This document shows positions 12,727-23,965 of a stretch of 64,000 nucleotides of DNA, in pieces. Source of the stretch: Octopus vulgaris (lineage: Eukaryota); contig OX597814.1 of assembly GCA_951406725.2 (NCBI GenBank), positions 164,796,001 to 164,860,000 of the forward strand. Reading direction: 5' to 3'. The notes beneath the pieces were generated by a model that had not been told where the DNA came from, searched no databases, and saw only the letters and a program-made list of their open reading frames with translations. Made by a program: the position numbers and the translations under genes. The first letter of the stretch is position 1. Every line of letters starts with the position of its first letter.

Positions 12727-12759
12727 TGTATTCAAAGTGTATATATATATATATATATA
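11894..12759. repeat. About 865-bp inverted duplication centred on a (TA)n tract
   Basis: Arms about 11929-12286 and 12335-12740 are reverse complements with two substitutions and different (CA)n lengths; mirror ORFs 12118(+) and 12533(-). Confidence 0.95.
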
Positions 12760-14278
12760 CACACTCAATACCATTACTTTGCAGGGAAGTAGTTTATGAG
12801 TCCCTCAATAGCCTATCTTTGTCAAGAGTCAAGGAATAAATCATTAGCTCTGTGGCAGAATACATCTACATAGATTTGGGTTCGATCCCCTAGTTAGTAT
12901 CTTCTATATTTTGTGTCGGCCAAAACCTTTTAAATGATATTTCTTGAACGGGAACTGTGAGAAAGTCACTAAGGGGGTGGTACTGACTTTGTTCTTGATT
13001 GGTAGAATATATCCATCACTTCATGTACCGCCAGGCTTACAGCCCAAGTCGCTCTCTAGTCACCGGATAACTCACTCGCCTCCTCTCACAAGTCTTGGAG
13101 TTTTCATAAAGTGTGATGGAACTTTCTTCCCTTGTCCAAACTATTTAAAAAAAAAAGAAGGGGATGAACGACCCAAAATATTGGGGACAGCGGAACGATT
13201 TCGATTCTTGTCTAAAATACTACTTTCATTTATATAGACGTGCATATTATAGTATATATTCATCTCTCCACTAAGTTCAGCTTCTTTTTTCTCAGTCTAA
13301 GGAAAACCAATACTTTTATACCCTCCGGAAAATTGTGTTAAATGGATATAATCTCTTGAAGGTTCAAATCCATGACCCGGTTTTGCTTGCTGATAGTAGG
13401 CATTTCGCTTCATTTCACTTCATTTACTTAGCTAATTCCCAGTTCCCTTCTTTTATAAGCCTGAGGCCTTGTGGCTATGTACGAAATTAATTTTTTTTTA
13501 TCGCTCCGTAACCCACCAACTGATTTGAAAACGACACTCCCTCTGGCTCACAGAAATTTCTTAGTTTATCCGCAAACATTGGCTTATCACGTTTAGCAGT
13601 GTTTGGAAGTAGTATGATCCTGTCTTCTTGTTGTTTTTACATCCTTTTCAGAAACTTTAGATTCTCAGGTTCAGAGCCTGCAAGTGTTATAATTAATTAA
13701 AATTCTAGAAATATCGGAAAAACATATCATTTCTGATATGTGATCAGTTTGAGATTTAACTGTTTATTTATCATAGGAACTGCAACCATATTTGTTGCCA
13801 TGGAGTGTTGTGTTTGCATTTTTGTGGGTTGTACTAGCCACGTGGTTAACGCCTGTTTGCTTTGCCTGAGGATATTTAAGGCGACTGTACTCGCTCGCTT
13901 ACTAAGTTCGATTGTTTGTTTGCAAATGGCTGCATAAATATTGAGTTGGTGTGGAATTAGGGATAATATTAAACTTACATAAAGTTTTCCCCCGAGTTAA
14001 AGATATTTAAAACAACAATTTGAAGCTAAGAAACAAAAGCAAATGTTTCTATACGTCAAAAGTTATAAATGTTGTAACATTATAACTGAATACCGGCGTC
14101 TGCTCCAGACTTGCTTTTCTCTTTGTGTTAAGCTTTTCTCTTAATTTGGAGGAGAATACTGAGTTGGTCAACTGTCGGAATCCCAGTATATCTTACAAAA
14201 TTTAATTCCACCTGTCTAGGCAGTCAGTTTAAATTATAACGGGTTCTTGTCTCAGTATTTTAGAATTATTGTTATTAA

Positions 14279-14466
14279 AGGTGGTGAGATGGCAAAGTTG
14301 TTAGTGAATCGGACAAAATTCTTAGCGGCGTTCAAGTACTGCTGAGGACACTCCGTTTTTCATCCTTTGGGGTAGATAAAATAAGTACCAGTTGAGTACT
14401 AGGGTCGATGTAGTCAACTTACACCCTCCTCTAAAATTAATGTGGCCTTGTAACAAAATTTGAAAC
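14279..14466 (+). mobile_element. SINE family B, older decayed copy
   Basis: ggtggtgagatggcaaagttgttag...tttcatcctttggggtagataaaataagtaccagttgagtactagggtcgatgta...ggccttgtaacaaaatttgaaac. Confidence 0.8.
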
Positions 14467-14619
14467 AATTGCTTTTGGGCGGAACTTGAGTTCTTCTGCT
14501 TAAAAACTATTTCGGAAATTTATCAGCAATTTCTCACCAGGTGTCATTTTTACCTGTGTATTGTATTTGGTCAGGGATCGAACACTATGCATGTGCTGTT
14601 TTGCTAAAACAAAAAATAA

Positions 14620-15030
14620 TGAGCGCAGGAAGTGAGCCATAGATTAGAACTAGTAGTAATCCGAGCGTGCTAGGATCGAACTATATGCTGGGTGTGGCAT
14701 CAGTTTGATTCCCTCAAGTTCCTGAAGTTTATTCCGAGTCGTTCAAGCGGTATGAGGTCTTTCGTTGTATTGCTGCAGAAAAGCTTGGGTTCTGTTTAAC
14801 AATGCCTGATATTTTTACCGAGCAATGACAGACATCGACTTCAGCTATTCGAAGTACAGGTTGGCATCGACTGTTTGACCGTGTGCAACGAAATCGTAGT
14901 GAATTCTCACCCCATAATTCCACCTGAGCATCAGCTTGTGTTCGAAATGCCCATGTTTGGCGACAAATTCAGGAAGCTGGCCCTTGCTTAACCACTTGCT
15001 TATGTACGTTAGGATTGAGGAAAATTTTCT
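14620..15030 (-). pseudogene. Mariner transposase catalytic-domain relic
   Basis: Minus strand, with frameshifts: ..HKLML.RWNYGVRIHYDFVAHGQTVDANLYFE*L..KYQALLNRTQAFLQQYNERPHTA*TTRNKLQELEGIKLMPHPAYSSILARSDYY*F*SMAHFLR (cf. LLHDNARPH...PHPPYSPDLAPSDYHLFRS). Confidence 0.85.
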
Positions 15031-15035
15031 TCCTC

Positions 15036-15138
15036 ACATTATTACTTGTTCTGATCCATGGCTCACTTCCTGCGCTTGCGATGGTTGATCAATCAAGAGG
15101 AGATGGAAGCTTCAGTGAAAGTGTTCTCTGCCTCGAAA
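15036..15138 (+). pseudogene. Mariner transposase C-terminus, opposite orientation to 14620-15030
   Basis: YYLF*SMAHFLRLRWLINQEEMEASVKVFSASK, the typical mariner C-terminal helix region. Confidence 0.75.
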
Positions 15139-15141
15139 TAC

Positions 15142-15361
15142 CCATTTCTTTTCTACCCACAGAGAGGACGAACAAGGACAGACAAACGGATTAAGTCCAT
15201 TACATCGACCCCAGTGCGTAACTGGTACTTAATTTATTGACCCCGAAAGGATGAAAGGCAAAGTCGACCTCGGCGGAATTTGAACTCACAACGTAACGGC
15301 AGAGGAAATGCCGCTAAGCATTTCGCCCGGCGTGCTAACGTTTCTGCCACCTCGTCGCCTT
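15142..15361 (-). mobile_element. SINE family B (tRNA-derived, Deu/Nin-like central domain)
   Basis: Reverse complement ggcgacgaggtggcagaaacgttagcacgccgggcgaaatgcttagcgg...gagttcaaattccgccgaggtcgactttgcctttcatcctttcggggtc. Confidence 0.9.
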
Positions 15362-16220
15362 AAACAATCATAGTATATATTGTTCAGGTAAAAAGGATTC
15401 TGTGTCAATGACGAATACAGTGTAGTACATGAAATTTCCTGGTGAGTTAACTTTGCGTCTCAATTTGATACATTTCGTTACATTTACATCACTAAACTCT
15501 TTTGCAAAGGTTTCATATCATTGTGAATATATAATGAATTAATGTAAAAATGCTTCACGTTCTGAGTTCAAATCCTGCCAGTTTTGAATAATGCTTTGTA
15601 CATTTGAGGAATAATGTTATGAATTTCTTGTTTTTTAATTTTTTTTGTATTTGGTTTGCACTTTGATGTGAACTCGTGTGGTGAAACATATTTTGTTGCA
15701 TCTCGGGTGGGTCATTAAATTGATGCTAAACAGACGCACTGGCCCTATTTCACTTCTTTTATTATTAGACAATTGGTTTACCATTTACACAGTTAACGCA
15801 TCGATTGATTGATCAATGGTTCAGTTGACTAATTGATACAACAATGTAAGTGATTATCGAGCAAAAATGTTATAAAAATAATCTTCACAGTTATGGAGGT
15901 AATTGTCTTAGTAATTGCAGAAACGAACACCTAGATTCAGTATCATGTTATTTAATGTTAATGTGAATATAAATCCACAATCTTTTCCAACAATGTAGGT
16001 TTTACTGTAAATATTTGGGGGGAAATCTCTGTATCCTTAATTCAAAAGAACGCATTATTAGATAATGATTGTTGTCTGTTTCAATCAAGTTTTCAAATTA
16101 TCCTCATTTTCACAGTCGTCTTGTTCTCTATCTTACTATTCATGCCTCTCTCTCCCTCTCTGCCTACCTTTGGTATGTTTCTCAATCTCTTGGTAATCCA
16201 CTATGCAATATCTATCTACT

Positions 16221-16253
<33 letters not shown>

Positions 16254-16689
16254 TTATACGGAGAGAGAGAGAGAGAGAGAGAGTGAAAGAGAAAGAGAGA
16301 GTGAAAGAGAAAGAGAGAGTGAGAGAAAGAAAGAAAGGAAGAAAGGATGAATGAGATCGAGAGAAAGAAAGAGAAAGCTTGACACTACTACTTCATTTTA
16401 GCTTTTTGTTTTTCTTCCAGCTCCTGGTTTCACAGAGGCCATGTCACTATTTCTCAAAATAGATATACAAACTTCGTTATGAGAAAGCAAACAGTAATAT
16501 ATATTTATGGTCTTGTGTGTGTTCGTTTGTTGTTCCTGAATAGAAATCGGGCAAGCATACAAATCAGTCACACTTGCATACGTAAATTAGACAAAAAAAA
16601 CAAAACAATAACACTTTTGTATTCTATAGCACATGGAGCATTAGGGAATTTCCAAGTTTCTACTGGATATTATTAGACATAAGATATAG

Positions 16690-16906
16690 ATTTCAAATTT
16701 TGGTAGAAGGCCAACAATTTTGGGGGTGGGGAGGGAGACGTTGATTACATCGATTCCAGGGCTCAACTGGTACTTATTTTATCAACTCCGAAAGGATGAA
16801 AGGCAGAGTGAACCTCGGCAGAATTAGTACTCAATATGTAAAAACGGACGAAATGTCGCTAAGAATTTTGCCCGGCATGCAAGCGCTTCTGCTAGCTCAT
16901 CGCCTT
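16690..16906 (-). mobile_element. SINE family B, older copy
   Basis: ccgaaaggatgaaaggcagagtgaacctcggcagaatt...gacgaaatgtcgctaag...cgcc. Confidence 0.85.
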
Positions 16907-16959
16907 AGAAATGATAACTTAGATAACTTAGATTGGCTTCTGCCATTACCAGCTCAGGC

Positions 16960-17935
16960 CATGACTAACTCAATAGCACCACCTGGAAAAGTCTTTTAAT
17001 GAATTATCTCGGGATGCCATGGACCACTCAAGCAGAGAGTTGTTATTGCTTAAGACGTATCCAGGTGTAGGTGGTTTATCCGTTTTTCCCGGAGAAATTT
17101 GTCCTGGTACCGTTCGAAAGTTGTGGGGTCTTTTTGTACTTTAATTTCTTTCGGGTTATCATTGAAAAGAGTAGGACCATTTGCAGTGAAAAAATTGTGT
17201 CGCAATGTTCTTATGTAATGTAATCTCGACCTTTGTAGGGGACGCATCGTACGGGGGCCTAGACTTGGGTGAATTGTAAACATAATACCGATATCATTTG
17301 GATAATAGTGGTGGAATATTTTCACATGGTACAAATAATGTATCGCTCACGGCGGCGTTGCAGAGAATAGTGCTTCTGCTGTTTAAGTCGAACCCAATAA
17401 TCAAGTCCGGTCATGCCATTTATTTTTTTAGTGATCAATCTTTGTGGCCCTTCGATCCTCATTATGTCGTTTTTTTTTATTTTTGTAGAGGGACCACAAT
17501 GGGCAGCAGTATTCGAGGTGGGGCCTGGCGAATATTGAGAAGAGAAGAATGATGGTTTCATGATCCCAAGATCGAAAAGCACATTCTACGGCCGATATCG
17601 ACTTTTATTGATGTGCACACTCCAGCTAAGTTTGCAGTCGACTGTCACACCTAAGTCTCTAACATTATCCGACGGTTCAAGTAGGTCTCCCGACGGTAGT
17701 GTATATGGTTGTTTGAGTGTGCTCTCTTTTCCAAAGTGGATAAGCTCAAATGTTTATTCGTTCAGCAGCAAATTGGGTTTTTTTGTGACCACTGGGTTAC
17801 TGCGTAGATGTCCGATTGAATCATCGTTCGCTCATATACCACCTTAATGACTTTCTGGAGCTTAGAGTCATCTGCAAATATTTTAATGGTGCTATTTTCA
17901 ATGGAATATGCAATGTCATTGATGCATATTGGAGC
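16960..17935 (-). pseudogene. CR1/Jockey-group LINE, 3' part of reverse transcriptase ORF (decayed)
   Basis: ICINDIAYSIENSTIKIFADDSKLQKVI (FADD motif), QSDIYAVTQWSQKN, ..KHLSLSTL/FELIHFGK region, SLQRRRERYII, TLRHNFFTANGPTLFN...DKFL. Confidence 0.85.
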
Positions 17936-18884
17936 TTGCCAGGATCCGTAACAAAAGATTTGACACTCCACTTCAGGGAAAAATATTAGACATAAGATTC
18001 TAAAAAGAGCAAAGCATATGCTATTAGTTGAAACGAATAACACCTTCAACTTCCAATATTTTTCATAATTTAGAAGCCCAACACTTGTATCCTATGAACC
18101 GAAATTCGGAAATTTTCAGGAAAAAATTACAGAAATTTTATCGATAGTTCATATTTTCTGTGACACAACTGAGTTACACCTATTAATAAAAAAAAAATTA
18201 CTGTGATGACTGAAAGAAGTTTGAAAAAAAAAAAAAAGGTAGCGTTGCACAATGAAATTGATCCTGACTGCCTATATACCATCAGCCAATGTCAAAAAAT
18301 GGAACACTACCTCTCTTATCTGAATGTTATCAATCTATATCTATTTGCAAGTCGGTCAGAGTATAGATGTTTACAATATCAACATATCTCACCGATTTGA
18401 AAACAGACACATTATGCAGAAAAAATTGAATAATTGAATAAATACTGTGTATCTACTTAGTACGTGTTGTGCACGTAGGACACAGTGTAAAGAGTTATTA
18501 AGTAAAACTATTAGTAATGAGCACAAAATAATTCCTCATGACTTCAATTAGTTACATTGGTATTTATATTTTTCACAATGGTTCTGGTTTCAAAAGTTAA
18601 AAATTTCTTTTTTTTTCGAGATATTTACAAGTTGATTTATTAATTTTGTGTAATGTCTCAACAATAATATCATTTTAGCTAATGCTTTATATCTTATATA
18701 TATTTTATATGCTATATTAGCATGCTTTTTACTGAATTCTATGTTATTATATTGTTTAGACAAAGCGGTTCTGGATGATATCTTTGGCTGAATTGATTGA
18801 CATTTTGATCATGTACCTAGATATATCAGAGTGTTGGATCTGAAGCTGTTCGGTTTAACTGATTTTGCATTTTGTTAATTACTT

Positions 18885-19561
18885 AACTGTATATATTTGC
18901 ACGTTAAACATTGTATAATTTACTGTAGAGAAACAAATAAAATATCTATTTAACCATCTGTCTATATCGGTTGCTTTCTATGACCGTAAAAATTGATCCT
19001 GAGAAAATTCGAATGTAAAACTGGTATTATTTGAAGGTATACTGCATCAGAGTTACTATCATACGAACAAACTGAATGGCGATCTTTTAGATCAACATAA
19101 ATTTTAATCATAGCGAAGTGGAAAGATACATTGAAGTTATTTAATATAATGAATAAGATATTGGACCATTATCTTCTTGATAATTTATGTTGACTCTCTG
19201 GATTTAAATAACCTCGGCTTAAACTGTATATATTTGCACGTTTAACATTGTATAAATTTACTGTAGAGAAACAAATAAAATATCTATTTGACCATCTGTC
19301 TATATCGGTTGCTTTCTATGACCGTAAAAATTGATTCTGAGAAAATTCGAATGTAAAACTGGTATTATTTGAAGGTATACTGCATCAGAGTTACTATCAT
19401 ACGAACAAACTGAATGGCGATCTTTTAGATCAACATAAATTTTAATCATGGCGAAGTGGAAAGATACATTGAAGTTATTTAATATAATGAATAAGATATT
19501 GGACCATTATCTTCTTGATAACTTATGTTGACTCTCTGGATTTAAATAACCTCGGCTTAAA
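18885..19561. repeat. 337-bp tandem direct duplication
   Basis: ctgtatatatttgcacg at 18887 and 19224; both units end gatttaaataacctcggcttaaa; few substitutions. Confidence 0.95.
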
Positions 19562-19849
19562 TTTCAAGCAAAAAATCATATAGCTTACCATTTCATCAAC
19601 AGATACTAAGTTCTGAAGTTACTTTGCATAATAATTTTATTTTACTCAGATCCATCTAACATAAACTAAGCCGTAAAATATAACATAGTAGGGAGCCACG
19701 AAAATTTTATCCTATTTTATGATTTTGATATCATATTATCCTTATTAACGGATAAACTAAGCTCCAAATTGAAGTTCTTAAACATTAGTTTTCACTCCAT
19801 GCAAATTCAGCGAACCAATACATGTATATGACATGGCGGTACAAACCAT

Positions 19850-20180
19850 CTCTTGATGCTTCCCAGATCTCTCCAATTCCGCAGCTGTCTATGTCTCCGG
19901 CATCTGTCAGGTTTTATAGTCATGCTAAATTTCTGTCCCAGTAGGATATAGCATACAGTGCCAAAACAACCACTGTCTTGGCTTGTTGATTATCACATCA
20001 ATGTGTTTCTTGGTCAGGTAACTCACCTCATACAGAATCTGTAGTATGGTCAAAAAGAAAATGACCAACTTGTGTCCCAGCAATTTGGTAAAGTCGAAGT
20101 GTGCTACAGAATCTAGCTGGGATTCCATCATATTTGAGAAGCATCTGTGCCATAACATATTCAGGTTGTCTTAGAAGACC
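19850..20180 (-). mobile_element. Probable decayed RTE-type LINE 3' fragment
   Basis: Higher-complexity segment with weak RTE C-terminal-like residues (LLGHK...HIDVII); judged by eye only. Confidence 0.35.
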
Positions 20181-20537
20181 CCAAAAAGCTCATTCTGATT
20201 TTGATCATACTAATTTGTCAAATTCAGATATTACATTTTAATAATTTGGGATATTAATAAAATACTTCGAATAGATCAGTGCTTGACTTAATGAGATTCA
20301 ATTGGACTATTAATGTTCTGACGTAACTGAAAACAAATTTCCAGCTTTTGCATAATATTCTGCTTTTGTACGATGCATTATATACATATATTTATACGCA
20401 AACCGACACACGTACGCGCGCACACACGGACACTCACACACATACACATATTATAGTGTGCTTTCCAAAGATACGTAATAAAACCTGTTTAGCCAATCTT
20501 TTCTAATTAATATATATATATGTATGTATGTATTAAG

Positions 20538-20604
<67 letters not shown>

Positions 20605-20621
20605 TATGCATACGCATATAT

Positions 20622-20949
20622 GGGTACAGGACATCCCAACTGTGTAAACAACATGAAGTACGAAAACAACGAGTGAAAAAAGTAACAGAGAACGACCTTT
20701 ATCAGTTGTCGGCTGTTTATCTATTCCTTATTTTGAGCATTCAACGGCAATATGAGTCTTCGGAGACAATTGCTCCCATAAATTACAAAATAAAATTTTG
20801 GACTTATGGAGGGTCAAAGTTGGGAAGAAAAACAGGACAGTGGAGACATACAATGAATCCGGACGAAAACAAACATGGAGGATCGTTAGACCAGAACGAC
20901 AGGATAATAGTGAACGCTGGGAGAAATATTTTCTTTGAAAAGAAAAGAT

Positions 20950-21017
<68 letters not shown>

Positions 21018-21292
21018 GCCCAGTCCTTAGAACGTCGTGCAGGAAAAGAAAGATGGTGTCGTGAGGAAGAGAAAGATGGACGATGGTCACGTGTGAGCAA
21101 CGAGAGTGAGAGAGAGAGAGAGAAGGAGAGAGAGAAATAGAAATAGGGGAGAGAGAGACAAATAGAAAACGGTAAAGGGGAGAAAAAGGGATTTAGAAAA
21201 GGATGGGGAGAAAATAGTATAGAGTAGAGTCGCATCAAAACGATAAACTTACTTGGAAATGGATGCGTAGCGTTCAATTAAATGACAATAAT
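20622..21292 (-). mobile_element. Unclassified (TA)n-flanked interspersed repeat (copy 2), internal (GA)n
   Basis: Reverse-complement homolog of 11262-11893; ORFs 11278(+) MNATHPLASKF and 21277(-) [11 protein letters not shown] reflect this homology. Confidence 0.75.
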
Positions 21293-21309
21293 ATATATGT
21301 ATGTATATA

Positions 21310-21404
<95 letters not shown>

Positions 21405-21415
21405 ATGTGTATCTA

Positions 21416-21452
<37 letters not shown>

Positions 21453-21509
21453 CTCTCTCTATATATATATATATATACACACACACATATATATATATGC
21501 ATATATATG

Positions 21510-21568
<59 letters not shown>

Positions 21569-22602
21569 ATCCTTTAAATCACGATCCACCACAGAAAAAT
21601 CATATTAAATCATATTGTCTTTTATATTCCTAAAAGGAGTGGATGATTCCGACTAAAATGCTTTTCCTCATAGCTCTGCCTGGACAAGAGTGGCAGTGTA
21701 AGACAACAACAACAACAGCAACAACAATTTTTTTTAGTACTTACGCACTAGATCTGTGAAAAACATTGTATGCATTATCGTATTTATTTAAACACACCTT
21801 TTTGACTTGCTTTATCTTCAATATATTGCTAACGTATAATTAACTTTAACGACCAAACAGCGCCCGTTCGCACTGGAAATTCATTTCAGAAAAACGCTTC
21901 AGAGAGAAAGAAAGGAAGAAAATAAATATTAAGAAATCAGTGAGAGAAACAATAGACAGAGAAAGACAGAAAGTGATGATTATTATGTTAAAATGGCGGC
22001 CATTAATAAAGCGAGTAGTAATCATGTTACTTGTGGCATGAAAGAATCAGTCAACCATACAAAATACAAATAACATATATTCCATTATTTCTATGTTGAC
22101 TTGTTACACCTAGCTTTGCGTCTGTTTCTTTCGCTCAGTATTCTGTTTAATCTCGTATTTCGCTGGCATGTCTGTGTATAGTTATGCACTCGCGTGTCTT
22201 TATCTTTGTTGAAATGTATGTGCTTTTTATTTATATTTCGTTTATATATTAAAATACACATATATACGCACATAACATATACACACATGCACCCACCATA
22301 CGTATAAAAAAAACAACGGTCATAGACTTCAAAGTAAATTGTTTCATTCATTTGAGTGTTTGTGAGATTTCCTCAGACTTCAATTTTCTCAACCCTGTTA
22401 TTTTCATAATTTATTATGTTGGCCAAGAATATATCTATATAATGTGTATAATTTGAAGGTCCTAACCCCAGTATTGACAGTAGGATCTTATATTTCAAGT
22501 AAGATACACATTATTAATGCAAACATACTTCAAGCTTACAGATATACACTGGGCTATAAAATTTATATGTAATAAACATATGCATGATAGCATGTTTGTA
22601 AT

Positions 22603-22888
22603 TGTGGAGGCACATGGCCGAGTGGTTAGAGCAGCGGACTCGCGATCGACGGATCGCGGGTTCGAATCTCAGACCGGGCGATGTGTGTGTTTATGAGCAA
22701 AACACCTAAGCTCCACGCGGCTCCGGCAGAAGGTAATGGTGAACTTCTGCCGACTCTTTCGCCACAACTCTCTCTCTCTTTCCTCCGGCATCAAGCAGCT
22801 CACCTGCGATGGACCGGCGTCTCATCTAGGTGAGGAACTTATACGCCGATGAAATCGGGAAACCGGCCCATTATGAGCCAGGCATGGA
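22603..22888 (+). mobile_element. SINE family C (tRNA-like head, Meta/V-like cctgcgatggac..gcgtc domain)
   Basis: tggccgagtggttagagcagcggactcgcg..gggttcgaatctc (A and B boxes); near-identical inverted copy at 30665-30971. Confidence 0.9.
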
Positions 22889-22889
22889 A

Positions 22890-23065
22890 CAGCCTGCTCG
22901 TGAAATTAACGCGCAAGTGGTTGAGTACTCGACACTTAATGCAGTGCTCAAGGAAATTCAGCGTGATACAGTGTGTGACAAGACTGTCCCTTGAAAATAC
23001 ATGTACTACTCATTTTTATCAGCTGAGTGGACTGGAGCAACGTGAAATAAAGTGTCTTGCTCAAT
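22890..23065 (-). mobile_element. CORE-type SINE fragment
   Basis: cagctgagtggactggagcaacgtgaaataaagtgtcttgctcaa, related to 410-455. Confidence 0.7.
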
Positions 23066-23282
23066 AAACACAAGAAACACACACAACAGAGAGCTAATGG
23101 CTCTCCTTTGAAAAGTTTTACTTTCCATCCTGTTTAGCGTCCACAAATCACCTTTGGTGGGATGAAGAGTTTAGTCACCGACGTCACGACAGTGCAACGA
23201 ATGGTACTGAGTTACATGATACCTGTAGTGCACACGGGAGGGGGAGGGGCTATGGGTGTGTGTGTGTGGAGGGGGTGAATGT

Positions 23283-23965
23283 ATTGTGAACAAAATTCGT
23301 AGACGGAAACTGTGTGGAAGCCCGCTCTATGTGTTTATGTGTGTGTGTCTTTGTGTATGTATGTGTGTGTCTTCAGAGCGGCGAGCTGGTAGAATCGTCA
23401 GCACGCCGGGCGAAATGCTTAGCGGTATTTCGTCTGCCGTTACGTTCTGAGTTTGTCTTCCTTGATTGTCCTCTCTCTGTGTTTAGCTCCTTGTGCGTAG
23501 TAAAGAAATAGGTATTTCGTCTGCCGCTACGTTCTGAGTTCAAATTCCTTCGAGGTTGACTTTGCCTTTCATCCTTTCGTGGTCGATTAAATAAGTACCA
23601 GTTACGTACTGGCGTCGATGTAATCGACTTAATCCCTTTGTCTGTCCTTGTTTGTCCCCTCTATGTTTAGTCCCTTGTGGGCAATAAAGAAATATGTGTG
23701 TGTCTTTCTGACTGTACGTATGTATGTCTTTGTGTGTGTATGTGTGTGCATTTTTGTGTGTGTATGTGTGTGTGTGTCCCTCCATATCGCTTAACAACTG
23801 GCGTTTCTTTGTTTACATTCCAGTAACGTAGCAAATCGACAAAAGAGTCCAACAGAACAAGTATCATACTTAAATGGAGATAAGAACTGTGATCTATTTG
23901 TTCGACTAAAAGTTTTCAGAGAAATAATCCAGCATGGGTGCAGTCCAATGGCTGAAAAGAAAAGG
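23283..23965 (+). mobile_element. SINE family A with a nested family B insertion (23376-23693) in its internal microsatellite
   Basis: gtagacggaaactgtgtggaagccc, then (GT)n, then the B element (with internal aaagaaata|ggtatttcg junction at 23511), then (GT)n and the A tail. Confidence 0.85.

Noticed and set aside
22603-22680. tRNA-like sequences (also 27910-27986, 30895-30971 and SINE A/B heads)
   Set aside because: They continue into SINE bodies and lack a proper acceptor stem; not tRNA genes.
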